Of a stretch of DNA of 64,000 nucleotides, positions 38,001-47,289 are shown piece by piece. Source of the stretch: a virus (taxonomy: Duplodnaviria > Caudoviricetes); the IMG/VR virus record IMGVR_UViG_3300026023_000352, positions 28,133-92,132 of that record; one strand, given 5' to 3'. Positions within the stretch are counted from its first letter, which is position 1; each line of letters begins with the position of its first letter. The notes beneath the pieces were generated by a model. It was not told the DNA's origin and did not search any database. It saw nothing but the letters and a program-made list of their open reading frames with translations. Position numbers and translations under genes: made by a program.

Positions 38001-41000
38001 CGGGCTAGCTGCAAGTCAGACTGGTGGTCACGTTGGTCTCGCTACCGGGAATGTTCAAACAACTGCTGGTGGCGCCACGCAATATGAGATGGTCTCTGGC
38101 AACTCGGGAGCCACAACAGACACAGTAACAAAAGCGTGGATTAACGCTAACGAGGTCGTTGTAAAGCGTGCGGTTGAGGCGGCTAATTCGACGGTGACGA
38201 CCGCCGCGAGTCAACTTGATCTAAACGCGCTTGTCCAATCTGTCGTGGAAGTCGAGAGCAGTGGTGTTGCGAATAAAGTCTCCCCGAAGGGCGCCCAAGG
38301 GCTGATGCAGCTCATGCCGGCTACGGCCGCGCAATATGGTGTTACCGAGCCTCTCAACGGCGCACAGAACGTCGCTGGCGGTACGCAATACCTAAAGGAT
38401 CTTCTGGCCCATTACAGCGGCAACGTTGAGTTGGCGTTGATGGCTTATAATTGGGGTGAGAAAAATCTCGACGATGCTCTTAAGGGTCAGCAGGTAATAC
38501 CGGCGGACGTTCAAAATTATTCCAAGAAGGTGATCGAGGGCGCCGGTGGGTTGGCGGCAATAGGCGCACCGGGCGGTACGGCGGCTGTGTCCGGTTCCGT
38601 TACTGGAGCTGGTGATATTCGCCGTCAGAGGCCGGAGGCTCAGGCTGCTGATGTCACGAAACTTATTAAAGAGGAAGAGCGCCAGATAGAAGTTTTGACG
38701 AGGGTGGGGGCCGCATCTGATGTCATTAAAGCAAAACAGGAAGCGGCAACAGTTGCAGACGAAAAAGCCTTTGGGCCTGAACAGGCAAAACGGCTAGAAA
38801 TAGCAAAGGTCGAGGATGTCTACAAACGGGTAACGGCCGCAAATAACAACGCTATTACCGCCACTTCTTTAGAGTCTCTAAATCTTAGAAATGTCGCCAA
38901 AGCCTACGATGAAAGCGCTGCGTCGGGTCTTGTGGCGGAGAATCAGGCTAAAGCGACCACGGAAGCATATCAACAATATGGAGAGATACAGAGCGCGGCG
39001 GCGAAGAAACTTATCTCATCGCGCACAACTCAATTTACTATATTAGAGCAGAATCAGTTTAAGGAAACTATTGCAAAACAAAGTGCGGCTGACAGAGATC
39101 AGATTGAGAATATAAAACTGGAGACATCTCTGCAAGGGAAAACGACTGAAGAAATTACTCGACAAGTCGATTTGCAGAAGGTCATTCAAGAGGCCGAAAA
39201 TAAAGGTCTTAACATCTCTTCTGAAGATGTACAAAACCGCCTGAAGGTCGTTGACGCTCTCGACAAGCAAAAAGAAGCGCTAGCCGAAGCCCAGCGGGCT
39301 CAGGAACGGCTGAATAGTCTTGTCACGAGTCTTGTAGGAACGATCGAGACTGAACTTACGAGTGCTATCGAGAAGGCGTTCGACGGAGAAAAGGCCGAGA
39401 GCTGGGGCAAGCGGATCAATCGGGTGCTTGGATCAATGACAAGCACTCTGAGTTCGTCATTATTTCTGAAGCCTCTGGCTGGAACGGCGTTAAGCGCGGT
39501 CGGCGCGACTGGATTAGCGCAAAGTTTCGGCACGTTCGACAATCTGTTGGGAACCAGCACGAGTGGCAGCGGGACTGTTGGCTCGTCAGGCGGGGTGTCT
39601 GTCGAAAAAAGCACTGATGGCACAGTCACCATCAAAGGTCTAGAAGCTACTACATCTCTCACAAATTCCATCCTTGGGACAAACAGTGGCGGGATATTCA
39701 GTAATCTCGGCACCAGTAGCAATACCGTCACATCCAGCAACGATAATATTTACGGTACACTGTCTGGTGCCGGAAGCAAAAGTATATTTAATAATACCGA
39801 TAGCTTCCTTGGTACGCTATCTGGGTCGAGCACCTCTGGCACCGTAGGCAGCAGCCTATCGAGCGCCGGAAGCAGCTTGTTCAGTTTGGATACCCTCAAG
39901 GGCCTCGGGGCTGGCTTTGGTGCCGGTACTGTCCTAAATACACTTCTTGGCGGTAACAAGACAACTGGCACAGTCGGGAGTGGTGTGGGGTCGCTTGCTG
40001 GCACGCTACTTGGGACTGCGGTCGGTTTTCCAGTTCTCGGCGGCATTGCAGGTGGCCTGCTTGGTGGGCTTGGCGGCCTATTCGGGACAACCAGCAAGTC
40101 GTCCAACGCGACCGGGGTGTCGATCGATCTGTCGAAAGGCGCCACAAGTGGCTACTCCAGCTCAGGTAGCGCCGAAAACGACAAGACCTTAAAAGGAATC
40201 CGGGACGATTTATCGAAGTTTACCAAGAATGTTCAAACCTCTACTGGAGGAACTGCTTCCGGTTACATCAATCCGCAGGTGACTGATAAGGGCACTAAGC
40301 TAGATTATAATATTGCTGGGTTTGGCGCGGGCACCTACAACACAACTGACTCGCAAGACGCGGTAGATGTCGCCGAAATTGCTATAACCAAATCATTAAC
40401 CGGCCTTAATAGTCTCTCAAAGCTATTGATTGATAAATATTCAAATAACATCGACGATCTGAAGACTGCTCTCGATGCGGCGTCGCCTTACAAGAATACT
40501 ACAGGAATAACAGAGCTTACTCAGTTAATTGTAGATAAATATTCAAATAACGTTGATGACCTGAAGACCGCACTCGACGCTACTTATACATATAAGGACA
40601 CTAAGGTAACTGATACAATAACAAAGGTAATCGACAAAACAACAGACCCATCTAAAATAGCGGACAATCTCAAGTTCGCCGGAACCTATGATAAGATCAA
40701 TGAGGCCGCGAAGGATACGTTTGCCTCAATCTCAAGTGACCTGAAGGTGACGGGTCCGTTTGAGAAGGCTAGGGACGACATCAAGATCACTTTTGATGAT
40801 ATCACCGATAGCGCAAAAGAATTTGGGCTTTCTTTAGAGCCGGTCACAGCGGCGTTCGACGAAGCGAATAAACGTCTGAAGGAAGACTTCAACAGAAATA
40901 TCAATGATCTTGTAGAAGCCGCTACCGATCCGCTACAAAGCCTTGTTGATATCGAGAAGCGTGCCGGGGACGCCAGAGTCAAAGAGGCCAAGGCTGTCGC

Positions 41001-43446
41001 TGGCGACATTGAGGCCGTGAACAAGCTCAATGCAAAAAATCTCGACAAAATATGGACTGACCAGACTAAAAATATTAAAGACCTGCGCGACGAATTTAAG
41101 TCAGGCGATTTGTCCGGTCTGACGGACTATCAAAGGCTGCCTGCCGCGAGGACTAAGTATGTAGATACGCTAGCCGCGGTTCAGGGTGGCGATACAAGTA
41201 AGTGGGACGAGCTGGTTACGGACGCTAAGAATCTCTTCTCACTATCGAAAAGCTCATACGGAGAGGGACCAAAAACCGCTGAGTGGCGGACTGCAATCAC
41301 TGCGGTGTTAGACAATGTGCTTGCGGGCCGTACTTTCGCTGGCGGCACGAAGGCAACGCCACCTGGTACGGTGCTTGTGGGTGAGCAGGGGCCGGAGCTG
41401 ATCTCTCAGCCTGGCAGGCTCCAGATCCGTCCGCACGATGAGACCGAGCGGATCATAAACTCGATCGCACCATCTAGGGGCCAGGTTGACCCAGCAAACA
41501 AGGTCGAGCGAGCATCCAATATAATCAATATATCGGACGCCCTTGAGGCGCCCCGCGCTGGCCGTGCCTTCGTCGAGGGGACCCAGGCAGCGTCCGTTGA
41601 AATGTCCAGAGGAGACCAGGTCGGGACATGGGCGTCGCCAGCCGCATCCGCTCGTCTTGCCTTCGCTGCAGGGACGGAATCGACCCCTTCTGGCACGATT
41701 CTCGTAGGCGAAAAAGGGCCGGAACTGGTCTCTCAGCCCGGCGGACTCCAGGTCCATCCGCACTATGAGACGGAACGGATCATCAACTCGATGACGCCGA
41801 TTGGTGGAACCGTCGCTACTTCCGCCGTTGCTCCTGCTGCCCCTAATATAATCGATAACTCGATGACATTGGTCAGCGGGAAGACTCCTGGCTCTAGCTC
41901 ATCCGTCAATTCGATGACGCTAGTCGGAGGGGATTCTTCCGCTTCTAATGTGATCGACAAATCCATGACATTGGTTGGCGGGAAGACCGCCGGTTCTAGA
42001 GCATCCAACAACTCAATGACGCTAGTCGGAGGGGATTCTTCCGCTTCTAATGTGATCGACAAATCCATGACATTGGTTGGGGGGGATGCCCCTGTTTCCA
42101 ACGTGATCGACAAATCGAGGACGCTGGTCGAAGGAGCAAACGCTGCCCCTGTTTCCAACGTGATCGACAAATCGAGGACGCTGGTCGAAGGAGCAAACGC
42201 TGCCCCTGTTTCCAACGTGATCGACATGTCCACCAGATCGTTGGCATCACATGCCGATCGATCGTTTGCGAAGGGAACCGAGACAGCACCCTCCGATGAG
42301 ATGGGCGGGGGGTGGTCCGGGACATGGACGGCACCCGCCGTTGCCGCCTTTGCTACGGGCACGAAGTCAACTCCATCGGGCACGATTCTCGTAGGCGAAA
42401 AAGGGCCGGAGCTGATCTCTCAGCCCGGCAAGCTCCAGGTTCATCCGCACGATAAGACCGAGCATATCATCAACTCGATGGCGTTGCCGGCAGTAAGCGG
42501 TGATCGTTTTAGCGGAGCAATCGCTGCCCCCGTATCCAACGTGTTCAACATGTCCACCCGATCGTGGACATCTCATGCTGACCGTGCCTTTGCAAAGGGG
42601 ACCGCATTAGCGGCCCCTGCCGAACCGAAGCGAGATCAGGTTGGGACATGGACGGCGTCAGTCGGACCTGCCGTCCCTGCCTTCGCTGGGGGTACAAAAT
42701 CGACTCCTCCTGGCACGATTCTGGTCGGCGAAAAAGGCCCTGAGCTAGTATCACAGGCTGGGGGATTGCACGTTTACACGCATCGCGAAACCGAGAAAAT
42801 TCTCGGGGCGATGCCGCAAACTCATGGGTACGCCGTATCGCAAGAATATCACCACATCAAAACGCCGAACGTCATCAGCCTGGCTGTCGCTAGAGAGGGA
42901 ATAACTGCGAACAGATCGTTTGCGGCGGGAGCTAAAGCGACTCCAGCGGGAACAATATTGGTTGGGGAAAAGGGTCCCGAGCTAATAGCCCAACCGGGCG
43001 CAATGCAGTCTCGTATACCTCCTGCGGCGGCGGCTACTGCCGTTTTGATGGCGGCGGCTAGCAGCAACGTCGTCGCGCTTTCAGCTAATCGCGGATTCTG
43101 GCAGGGCACATCTGGTCAGTATGACTCTATGATGCCTGAGACAAACAGCAATGTTATTTCCATTCCGAAAATCATGGGGTTCGCTGACGGTACTTCCGAG
43201 CAGGATAGGGGTTTGATTGCGCCTCCGACTTTCACGGCTTCATTTTCTCGTGGGGCAGAAGCACCTAACAATAACGACAGTGAAGAAGTAAAGAAACTCC
43301 TACAGGATGTCGTTGCTGCAGTCAATATCAATAATAATATATCACGGCGCGGTCATTACGAGACTGGTCAAGAACTCAGAACGCAGACCGGCGAAATGCG
43401 AAAAGCACCACTTTATGAGCCGTCGCGTAGGCGGGTGGCGTCTTGA
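35098..43446 (+). CDS. tape measure protein with CHAP/NlpC-like and lytic transglycosylase domains
   Basis: QLTFQANDVATSLASG lambda-type TMP motif; AWCAAF...GHVG; VESSG...SPKGAQGLMQLMP...AYNWG; five LVGExGPEL repeats. Confidence 0.95.
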   Translation: MADERAVIVLGFESLPGSKQVVDNHNRDGKSLQATDAAVGKAAQDRADKSEKAARRQEEVAKRLTKVTTEEAAKQKAAAESLNNIISNTENSPVRDQAKTDRFLASMARAADPLSAALRKAQGEVSRLSGIIAKGIDGEEKAAQATLSLAAAKLRLADAQRAANVAAASGEKGFSAPNDLTKSIRAYRDQLEPTLPIQRALYENIARINAAAAVLGGISQAQRTDLIKAATDEYTKQVRIVTGLAERERAAAVAQKDFSESIRTFRDQLNPTLPLLRAYYDELSKINVAATKSGGITPVEADALRTQARARFDTKVADVDGTASAQKYLDVLDPTLPVLRAYNAEVDKLAELQKIGKLSALEAADANAILSTSYDKLLQKANGFDIAEKFRDKQDPTRLVERARTETLTQISKAVAAPGGLTPVEESAAIKAANEEYEKQIKIVTGVKKAQDDAATAESAYRKQLTAVIDELDPLAAAQKRYNEQVDFINHATAKGDIGVPQRDALLVASKNNLDKNIESLNRNSAAMSRGKVSAQQMHFALQQLTFQANDVATSLASGISPARTFAQQFGQIVQGFQVAGGPANALKAIGEGITKLFTPMKILGAGLITAGAGFALLTIRASSATSSVREFDVMLKGLGDSNLASGTGLEASAKRLRDVGLSASDARDKLREVTRAGLNPANAERVVRTGENLIPVLGDKATSELTSALSGGLEETIKFGLQLDVLKAKQIETWREMARGGQTALALNQAFAAIESRAKGLSNEALSPTGRSLRELAVSWSNLLDKWSNTGPIVGTITVLNDLAKVLEKISKFVTGEQAATVLGALTGAVAGTAVAGPAGAVVGGALGAVSGAYIGARGATGTPVATASIPAVTQGTATTAASAAAADAESMLGLKEGKDASRIREFLGWSDNMSPDQIAWCAAFANAALARHGISGTGSNVANSFLNWGTTVSGSPQAGDVLVQSRGLAASQTGGHVGLATGNVQTTAGGATQYEMVSGNSGATTDTVTKAWINANEVVVKRAVEAANSTVTTAASQLDLNALVQSVVEVESSGVANKVSPKGAQGLMQLMPATAAQYGVTEPLNGAQNVAGGTQYLKDLLAHYSGNVELALMAYNWGEKNLDDALKGQQVIPADVQNYSKKVIEGAGGLAAIGAPGGTAAVSGSVTGAGDIRRQRPEAQAADVTKLIKEEERQIEVLTRVGAASDVIKAKQEAATVADEKAFGPEQAKRLEIAKVEDVYKRVTAANNNAITATSLESLNLRNVAKAYDESAASGLVAENQAKATTEAYQQYGEIQSAAAKKLISSRTTQFTILEQNQFKETIAKQSAADRDQIENIKLETSLQGKTTEEITRQVDLQKVIQEAENKGLNISSEDVQNRLKVVDALDKQKEALAEAQRAQERLNSLVTSLVGTIETELTSAIEKAFDGEKAESWGKRINRVLGSMTSTLSSSLFLKPLAGTALSAVGATGLAQSFGTFDNLLGTSTSGSGTVGSSGGVSVEKSTDGTVTIKGLEATTSLTNSILGTNSGGIFSNLGTSSNTVTSSNDNIYGTLSGAGSKSIFNNTDSFLGTLSGSSTSGTVGSSLSSAGSSLFSLDTLKGLGAGFGAGTVLNTLLGGNKTTGTVGSGVGSLAGTLLGTAVGFPVLGGIAGGLLGGLGGLFGTTSKSSNATGVSIDLSKGATSGYSSSGSAENDKTLKGIRDDLSKFTKNVQTSTGGTASGYINPQVTDKGTKLDYNIAGFGAGTYNTTDSQDAVDVAEIAITKSLTGLNSLSKLLIDKYSNNIDDLKTALDAASPYKNTTGITELTQLIVDKYSNNVDDLKTALDATYTYKDTKVTDTITKVIDKTTDPSKIADNLKFAGTYDKINEAAKDTFASISSDLKVTGPFEKARDDIKITFDDITDSAKEFGLSLEPVTAAFDEANKRLKEDFNRNINDLVEAATDPLQSLVDIEKRAGDARVKEAKAVAGDIEAVNKLNAKNLDKIWTDQTKNIKDLRDEFKSGDLSGLTDYQRLPAARTKYVDTLAAVQGGDTSKWDELVTDAKNLFSLSKSSYGEGPKTAEWRTAITAVLDNVLAGRTFAGGTKATPPGTVLVGEQGPELISQPGRLQIRPHDETERIINSIAPSRGQVDPANKVERASNIINISDALEAPRAGRAFVEGTQAASVEMSRGDQVGTWASPAASARLAFAAGTESTPSGTILVGEKGPELVSQPGGLQVHPHYETERIINSMTPIGGTVATSAVAPAAPNIIDNSMTLVSGKTPGSSSSVNSMTLVGGDSSASNVIDKSMTLVGGKTAGSRASNNSMTLVGGDSSASNVIDKSMTLVGGDAPVSNVIDKSRTLVEGANAAPVSNVIDKSRTLVEGANAAPVSNVIDMSTRSLASHADRSFAKGTETAPSDEMGGGWSGTWTAPAVAAFATGTKSTPSGTILVGEKGPELISQPGKLQVHPHDKTEHIINSMALPAVSGDRFSGAIAAPVSNVFNMSTRSWTSHADRAFAKGTALAAPAEPKRDQVGTWTASVGPAVPAFAGGTKSTPPGTILVGEKGPELVSQAGGLHVYTHRETEKILGAMPQTHGYAVSQEYHHIKTPNVISLAVAREGITANRSFAAGAKATPAGTILVGEKGPELIAQPGAMQSRIPPAAAATAVLMAAASSNVVALSANRGFWQGTSGQYDSMMPETNSNVISIPKIMGFADGTSEQDRGLIAPPTFTASFSRGAEAPNNNDSEEVKKLLQDVVAAVNINNNISRRGHYETGQELRTQTGEMRKAPLYEPSRRRVAS

Positions 43447-43769
43447 TGGCTGGATTTACCACCCGTGCGTATGGCAGCGCTCATTATACACAGACGAGAG
43501 GAATACTGCTTTTCAGCACGACTACCGGAACTGGGCCATACAAACTTAATGACCCACAGCCAGGATTTGTAACTGCTCAGGATAAACTCATCAGTGGTGC
43601 AACTCTGCGCTATCGAGCGACGAGCGGCATCACGCAAGAAATCGGCGAAGGGACGTTCGATTATGAGAATAACAGTTTGATTCGGGGTCTCCTAGATATT
43701 CCAAATTCAGGTTTTCCCGTTGATTGGGGGCCTGGTCGAAAACTCATCTATATTCTCAAAGTGAGCTAA
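43446..43769 (+). CDS. small tail protein (single repeated domain)
   Basis: GTGPY.L...EIGEGTFD...DWGPGRKLIYI. Confidence 0.7.
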   Translation: MAGFTTRAYGSAHYTQTRGILLFSTTTGTGPYKLNDPQPGFVTAQDKLISGATLRYRATSGITQEIGEGTFDYENNSLIRGLLDIPNSGFPVDWGPGRKLIYILKVS

Positions 43770-43806
43770 TAAACATTTGCTACGTTAATATTGGAGTTGC
43801 TGACAC

Positions 43807-44229
43807 ATGAGAGTCTGGGAAGACAGTGTTGAGGAGCGGACGATTGCAAATCCTGGCACTGGCACTATCTCGCTCGGCGGACCTACGGTAGGAAGCCGTC
43901 CGTTTTCTGTCATTGGTGACGGGAATGAGTGTGACTATCGGGCTCAAACTTCAGTTCCGTCAACGTGGGAAATTGGGTCTGGGACATACCACTCTGACAC
44001 AAATTCGTTGTCACGCGACACGATTTTTATAAATAGTCTTGGTACTACAGCCAAGGTAAACCTTACTGGCGTCTGTGTGGTATTCCTTTCATTTTTATCT
44101 CGCCGGATAAATACAAGCACATCCAGCGACGCTCTTCTTCCACTTACTACCGGAGACCTTACGGCGGATGGTGGTCCCGTTCTCGTGGCTGATCCATTCG
44201 GAAATTGTATTGGAGTTCCGGTAGAATGA
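43807..44229 (+). CDS. tail protein
   Basis: DSVEE...GTGTISLGG...WEIGSGTY...LSRDTI. Confidence 0.7.
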   Translation: MRVWEDSVEERTIANPGTGTISLGGPTVGSRPFSVIGDGNECDYRAQTSVPSTWEIGSGTYHSDTNSLSRDTIFINSLGTTAKVNLTGVCVVFLSFLSRRINTSTSSDALLPLTTGDLTADGGPVLVADPFGNCIGVPVE

Positions 44230-45968
44230 GTTCCCAAAGGCTCGCCGACTTTCTTTCTATCGGAACTACATCCGGTCGCCCGGTTTCGTTAGACCTGCCC
44301 GATACTTGCGTCGGTTTTCGGTGGGAAACGGACAGCGGAGCTTGGATATGGGATGGCTCTGCTTGGGTTCAAATCACTGGCCTGACAGTATTAGCCGTAG
44401 CAGGGTCTACCGGCGATATACAGATCAACAGTTCAGGTGCTTTCGGCGCACTGACCCCGGCAGCAGGTATTTCAACATTTCTCGGCACACCATCGAGCGC
44501 CAATCTGCGCGGCGCATTGACCGATGAAACTGGAACTGGCGCAGCCGTCTTTGCTACTTCTCCAACGCTTGTTACACCGGCCCTTGGAACACCCGCTTCC
44601 GGAACATTAACAAATACAACAGGACTTCCCGTTAGCACAGGCATTTCCGGTCTGGGTTCTGGTGTCGCGACATTTCTGGCGACACCCTCAAGTGCCAATC
44701 TGCGTGGGGCGATTACAGACGAGACGGGTACGGGCGCAGCGGTTTTCGCGACTTCTCCGACACTTGTTACGCCTGATCTTGGAATACCGAGCGCGATCGA
44801 CCTTACCAATGCGACGAATTTCCCAAGTAGCGGGAGTCCAGGCGGATCTTCGGGCGATATTCAAACCAATAATGGCAGTGGAGGATTTGGCGCGATTACG
44901 CCTGCCAGCGGCATAGCGACTTTCCTCGCGACACCATCGAGCGCCAATCTGCGATCGGCATTGAGTGATGAAGTCGGGACCGGATCCGCGTATTTCGTTG
45001 GTGGTGCGCTCGGTACGCCGGCTTCTGTTACGTTGACCAACGGAACCGGCCTTCCCCTCTCTACGGGGGTCACTGGTGATCTAGATGTTAGTCATCTGAA
45101 TGCAGGCACGTCGGCGTCATCATCCACATTTTGGCGTGGCGACGGCACATGGGCTACGCCGTCTGGCGCATCGGCCGCCGGATCGAATGGCGACATCCAG
45201 ATCAATAGCTCGGGCTCGTTCGGAGCAATCACGCCAGCCTCGGGTATCTCCACCTTTCTCGCCACGCCATCGAGCGCGAATCTTCGCGCCGCGCTGACTG
45301 ATGAGGTCGGCACGGGGGTAGCGTACTTCGTGGGCGGCGCCCTCGGGACTCCGGCATCGGGAGACGCATCGAACCTGACAAGCCTACCAATTAGCACGGG
45401 CGTATCCGGCCTCGGGACCGGCGTAGCGACATTCCTGGCTACGCCCAGCAGCGCCAACCTACGGGCCGCATTGAGCGATGAGGTCGGGACTGGAGCGGCC
45501 TATTTCGTTGACGGCGCTCTGGGTACTCCGGCAAGCGCAACGCTCACAAACGCAACTGGGCTGTCTCTTACAACGGGCGTTACCGGCATTCTGCCGATCG
45601 CCAACGGAGGCACAGGAGCAAGCGCCCCGCCACTCAACCTTCTTTTGCCGATTGCCGGCGTAATGACTAATGCCGAACTTCTCGTGCCCGGCACAATAAT
45701 TCCTGCGTGTTCATTTCCATCCGGCGCTTCCGGTAGCTATGGATCGGCTTCCGTTGCCGCGACAGGATCAACAACCATCACAGCGAAGAAAAACGGGAGC
45801 GCATTCGCGACTTTCGTTTGGGCGGGGGCGGGCACGGCAGCCACGGTGACGATCGGCAGCACGACCAGCTTCAACGGCACGAGCGACAAACTATCCATCG
45901 AGGCACCGGGAACCGCGGACGCCACGCTTGCTGATATCGGAATAAATCTTGCAGGAACGCGGAGTTAG
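44226..45968 (+). CDS. tail fibre-like repeat protein
   Basis: Five TFL(A/G)TPSSANLR repeats; LPIANGGTG. Confidence 0.8.
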   Translation: MSSQRLADFLSIGTTSGRPVSLDLPDTCVGFRWETDSGAWIWDGSAWVQITGLTVLAVAGSTGDIQINSSGAFGALTPAAGISTFLGTPSSANLRGALTDETGTGAAVFATSPTLVTPALGTPASGTLTNTTGLPVSTGISGLGSGVATFLATPSSANLRGAITDETGTGAAVFATSPTLVTPDLGIPSAIDLTNATNFPSSGSPGGSSGDIQTNNGSGGFGAITPASGIATFLATPSSANLRSALSDEVGTGSAYFVGGALGTPASVTLTNGTGLPLSTGVTGDLDVSHLNAGTSASSSTFWRGDGTWATPSGASAAGSNGDIQINSSGSFGAITPASGISTFLATPSSANLRAALTDEVGTGVAYFVGGALGTPASGDASNLTSLPISTGVSGLGTGVATFLATPSSANLRAALSDEVGTGAAYFVDGALGTPASATLTNATGLSLTTGVTGILPIANGGTGASAPPLNLLLPIAGVMTNAELLVPGTIIPACSFPSGASGSYGSASVAATGSTTITAKKNGSAFATFVWAGAGTAATVTIGSTTSFNGTSDKLSIEAPGTADATLADIGINLAGTRS

Positions 45969-45972
45969 CTGA

Positions 45973-46467
45973 ATGACGACGGCTTCAATTATTTTTGGTA
46001 GCGCAACGGCGCTTACGATTGGGTTAGCTACCGGCCCGTTGGCGAGTGACACGTCCCTGCTCGCTGGGCGTGAAAGCACCGCTATTGATAATACATCCGA
46101 TCTCGCTATTGATGCTATTGTTTTTGGTAAAGTCACAACAGGCACAACTCCCACTGCAAGCCGTCAGATTGAGGTGTGGCTTTACGGCTCTGTTGACGGA
46201 ACGAATTTTTCGGGTGGAGCATCTGGGTCGGATGCAAACCTATCGCCGCAGGCGAAGGATTTGTTCCGGTTATTGCAAATGATCCCAACCAACAATACGA
46301 GCAACCAGGCATACACCTGGGGGCCGTTCTCGGTCGCGCAAGCGTTTGGCGGTACGATGCCGGCGAATTGGGGAGTCTACATAGTTCATAATACAGGCGC
46401 TGCGCTTAATGCTACTGGCGGTAATCATTTCGTTAAATATCGCACAGTAAAATATACGAGCGTATAA
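45973..46467 (+). CDS. putative virion protein
   Basis: GRESTAIDNT...YGSVDGT...HNTGAAL. Confidence 0.7.
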   Translation: MTTASIIFGSATALTIGLATGPLASDTSLLAGRESTAIDNTSDLAIDAIVFGKVTTGTTPTASRQIEVWLYGSVDGTNFSGGASGSDANLSPQAKDLFRLLQMIPTNNTSNQAYTWGPFSVAQAFGGTMPANWGVYIVHNTGAALNATGGNHFVKYRTVKYTSV

Positions 46468-46469
46468 CC

Positions 46470-47276
46470 GTGGCCGTAAATTTCGTCTCGGCATCCACAC
46501 AGTCTTTGCAGAATGCTGCGCCGCCGGCATTCGCCTACCCATTCACGGTGGCAATGTGGACCGTGCCCACCGGGTTGCTCGCGAGCAGAACGTATTGGTG
46601 TTGGACGGATAATACGACAACCAACAACTATTTCGAGTTAAGCACTACCGCTGGCGGCAGCAGTCAATTTCAGGCGCAGGCCGGCGGGTCTCTAGCTACG
46701 ATGAACACGACTGGCAGCTCTTCGCCGCTATTCATCATAGCCCGAGCAATTTCAGCAACCGACAAGCGATTAGCTGCCTTTGGGTTTAATAATGCGATTG
46801 TTGCGCAAACAAACAGCGCAACGAACGCGACGCCGACCGGGTTGAATACGATGGTGCTCGGGGCACGAGTGACCTCGGCGGGCACTTCGCGATCTTGGGA
46901 TGGCCGCATTTCTGAATTTTGGTGGACCAATAGTGACATTGGCTTAGGCCAGGGCGCCCTCGATGCCCCGCTAATCCAGAAGCTCGCGCGAGAGGGTCCG
47001 TTCTCAGTTCCGCATGTGGCAAACAACGTTGTTGAATATCGCTCATTCAGGGACGGTATACAGGCCCCAGGTGGAGGATCTCGTGAGACCTATTTTGGGA
47101 ACTTTGGGTCTCAGGTCTGGTCTGCTGTCAACGCTCCAACGCTCCTGCCGGCTGGTGTTGCTATTTCCTCATTATACCCCCGTCGGCCATCGCGCAATAA
47201 TTTGCGGAGTTTTATGCCAGATGTGTTTTTTGGCGGCGCAATTAAACGTCGGCGCAGACTGATCGTGCTCGGCTGA
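46470..47276 (+). CDS. LamG/ConA-like domain protein
   Basis: PFTVAMW...LGAR...WDGRISE. Confidence 0.7.
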   Translation: MAVNFVSASTQSLQNAAPPAFAYPFTVAMWTVPTGLLASRTYWCWTDNTTTNNYFELSTTAGGSSQFQAQAGGSLATMNTTGSSSPLFIIARAISATDKRLAAFGFNNAIVAQTNSATNATPTGLNTMVLGARVTSAGTSRSWDGRISEFWWTNSDIGLGQGALDAPLIQKLAREGPFSVPHVANNVVEYRSFRDGIQAPGGGSRETYFGNFGSQVWSAVNAPTLLPAGVAISSLYPRRPSRNNLRSFMPDVFFGGAIKRRRRLIVLG

Positions 47277-47289
47277 GCGAACAAGGATA

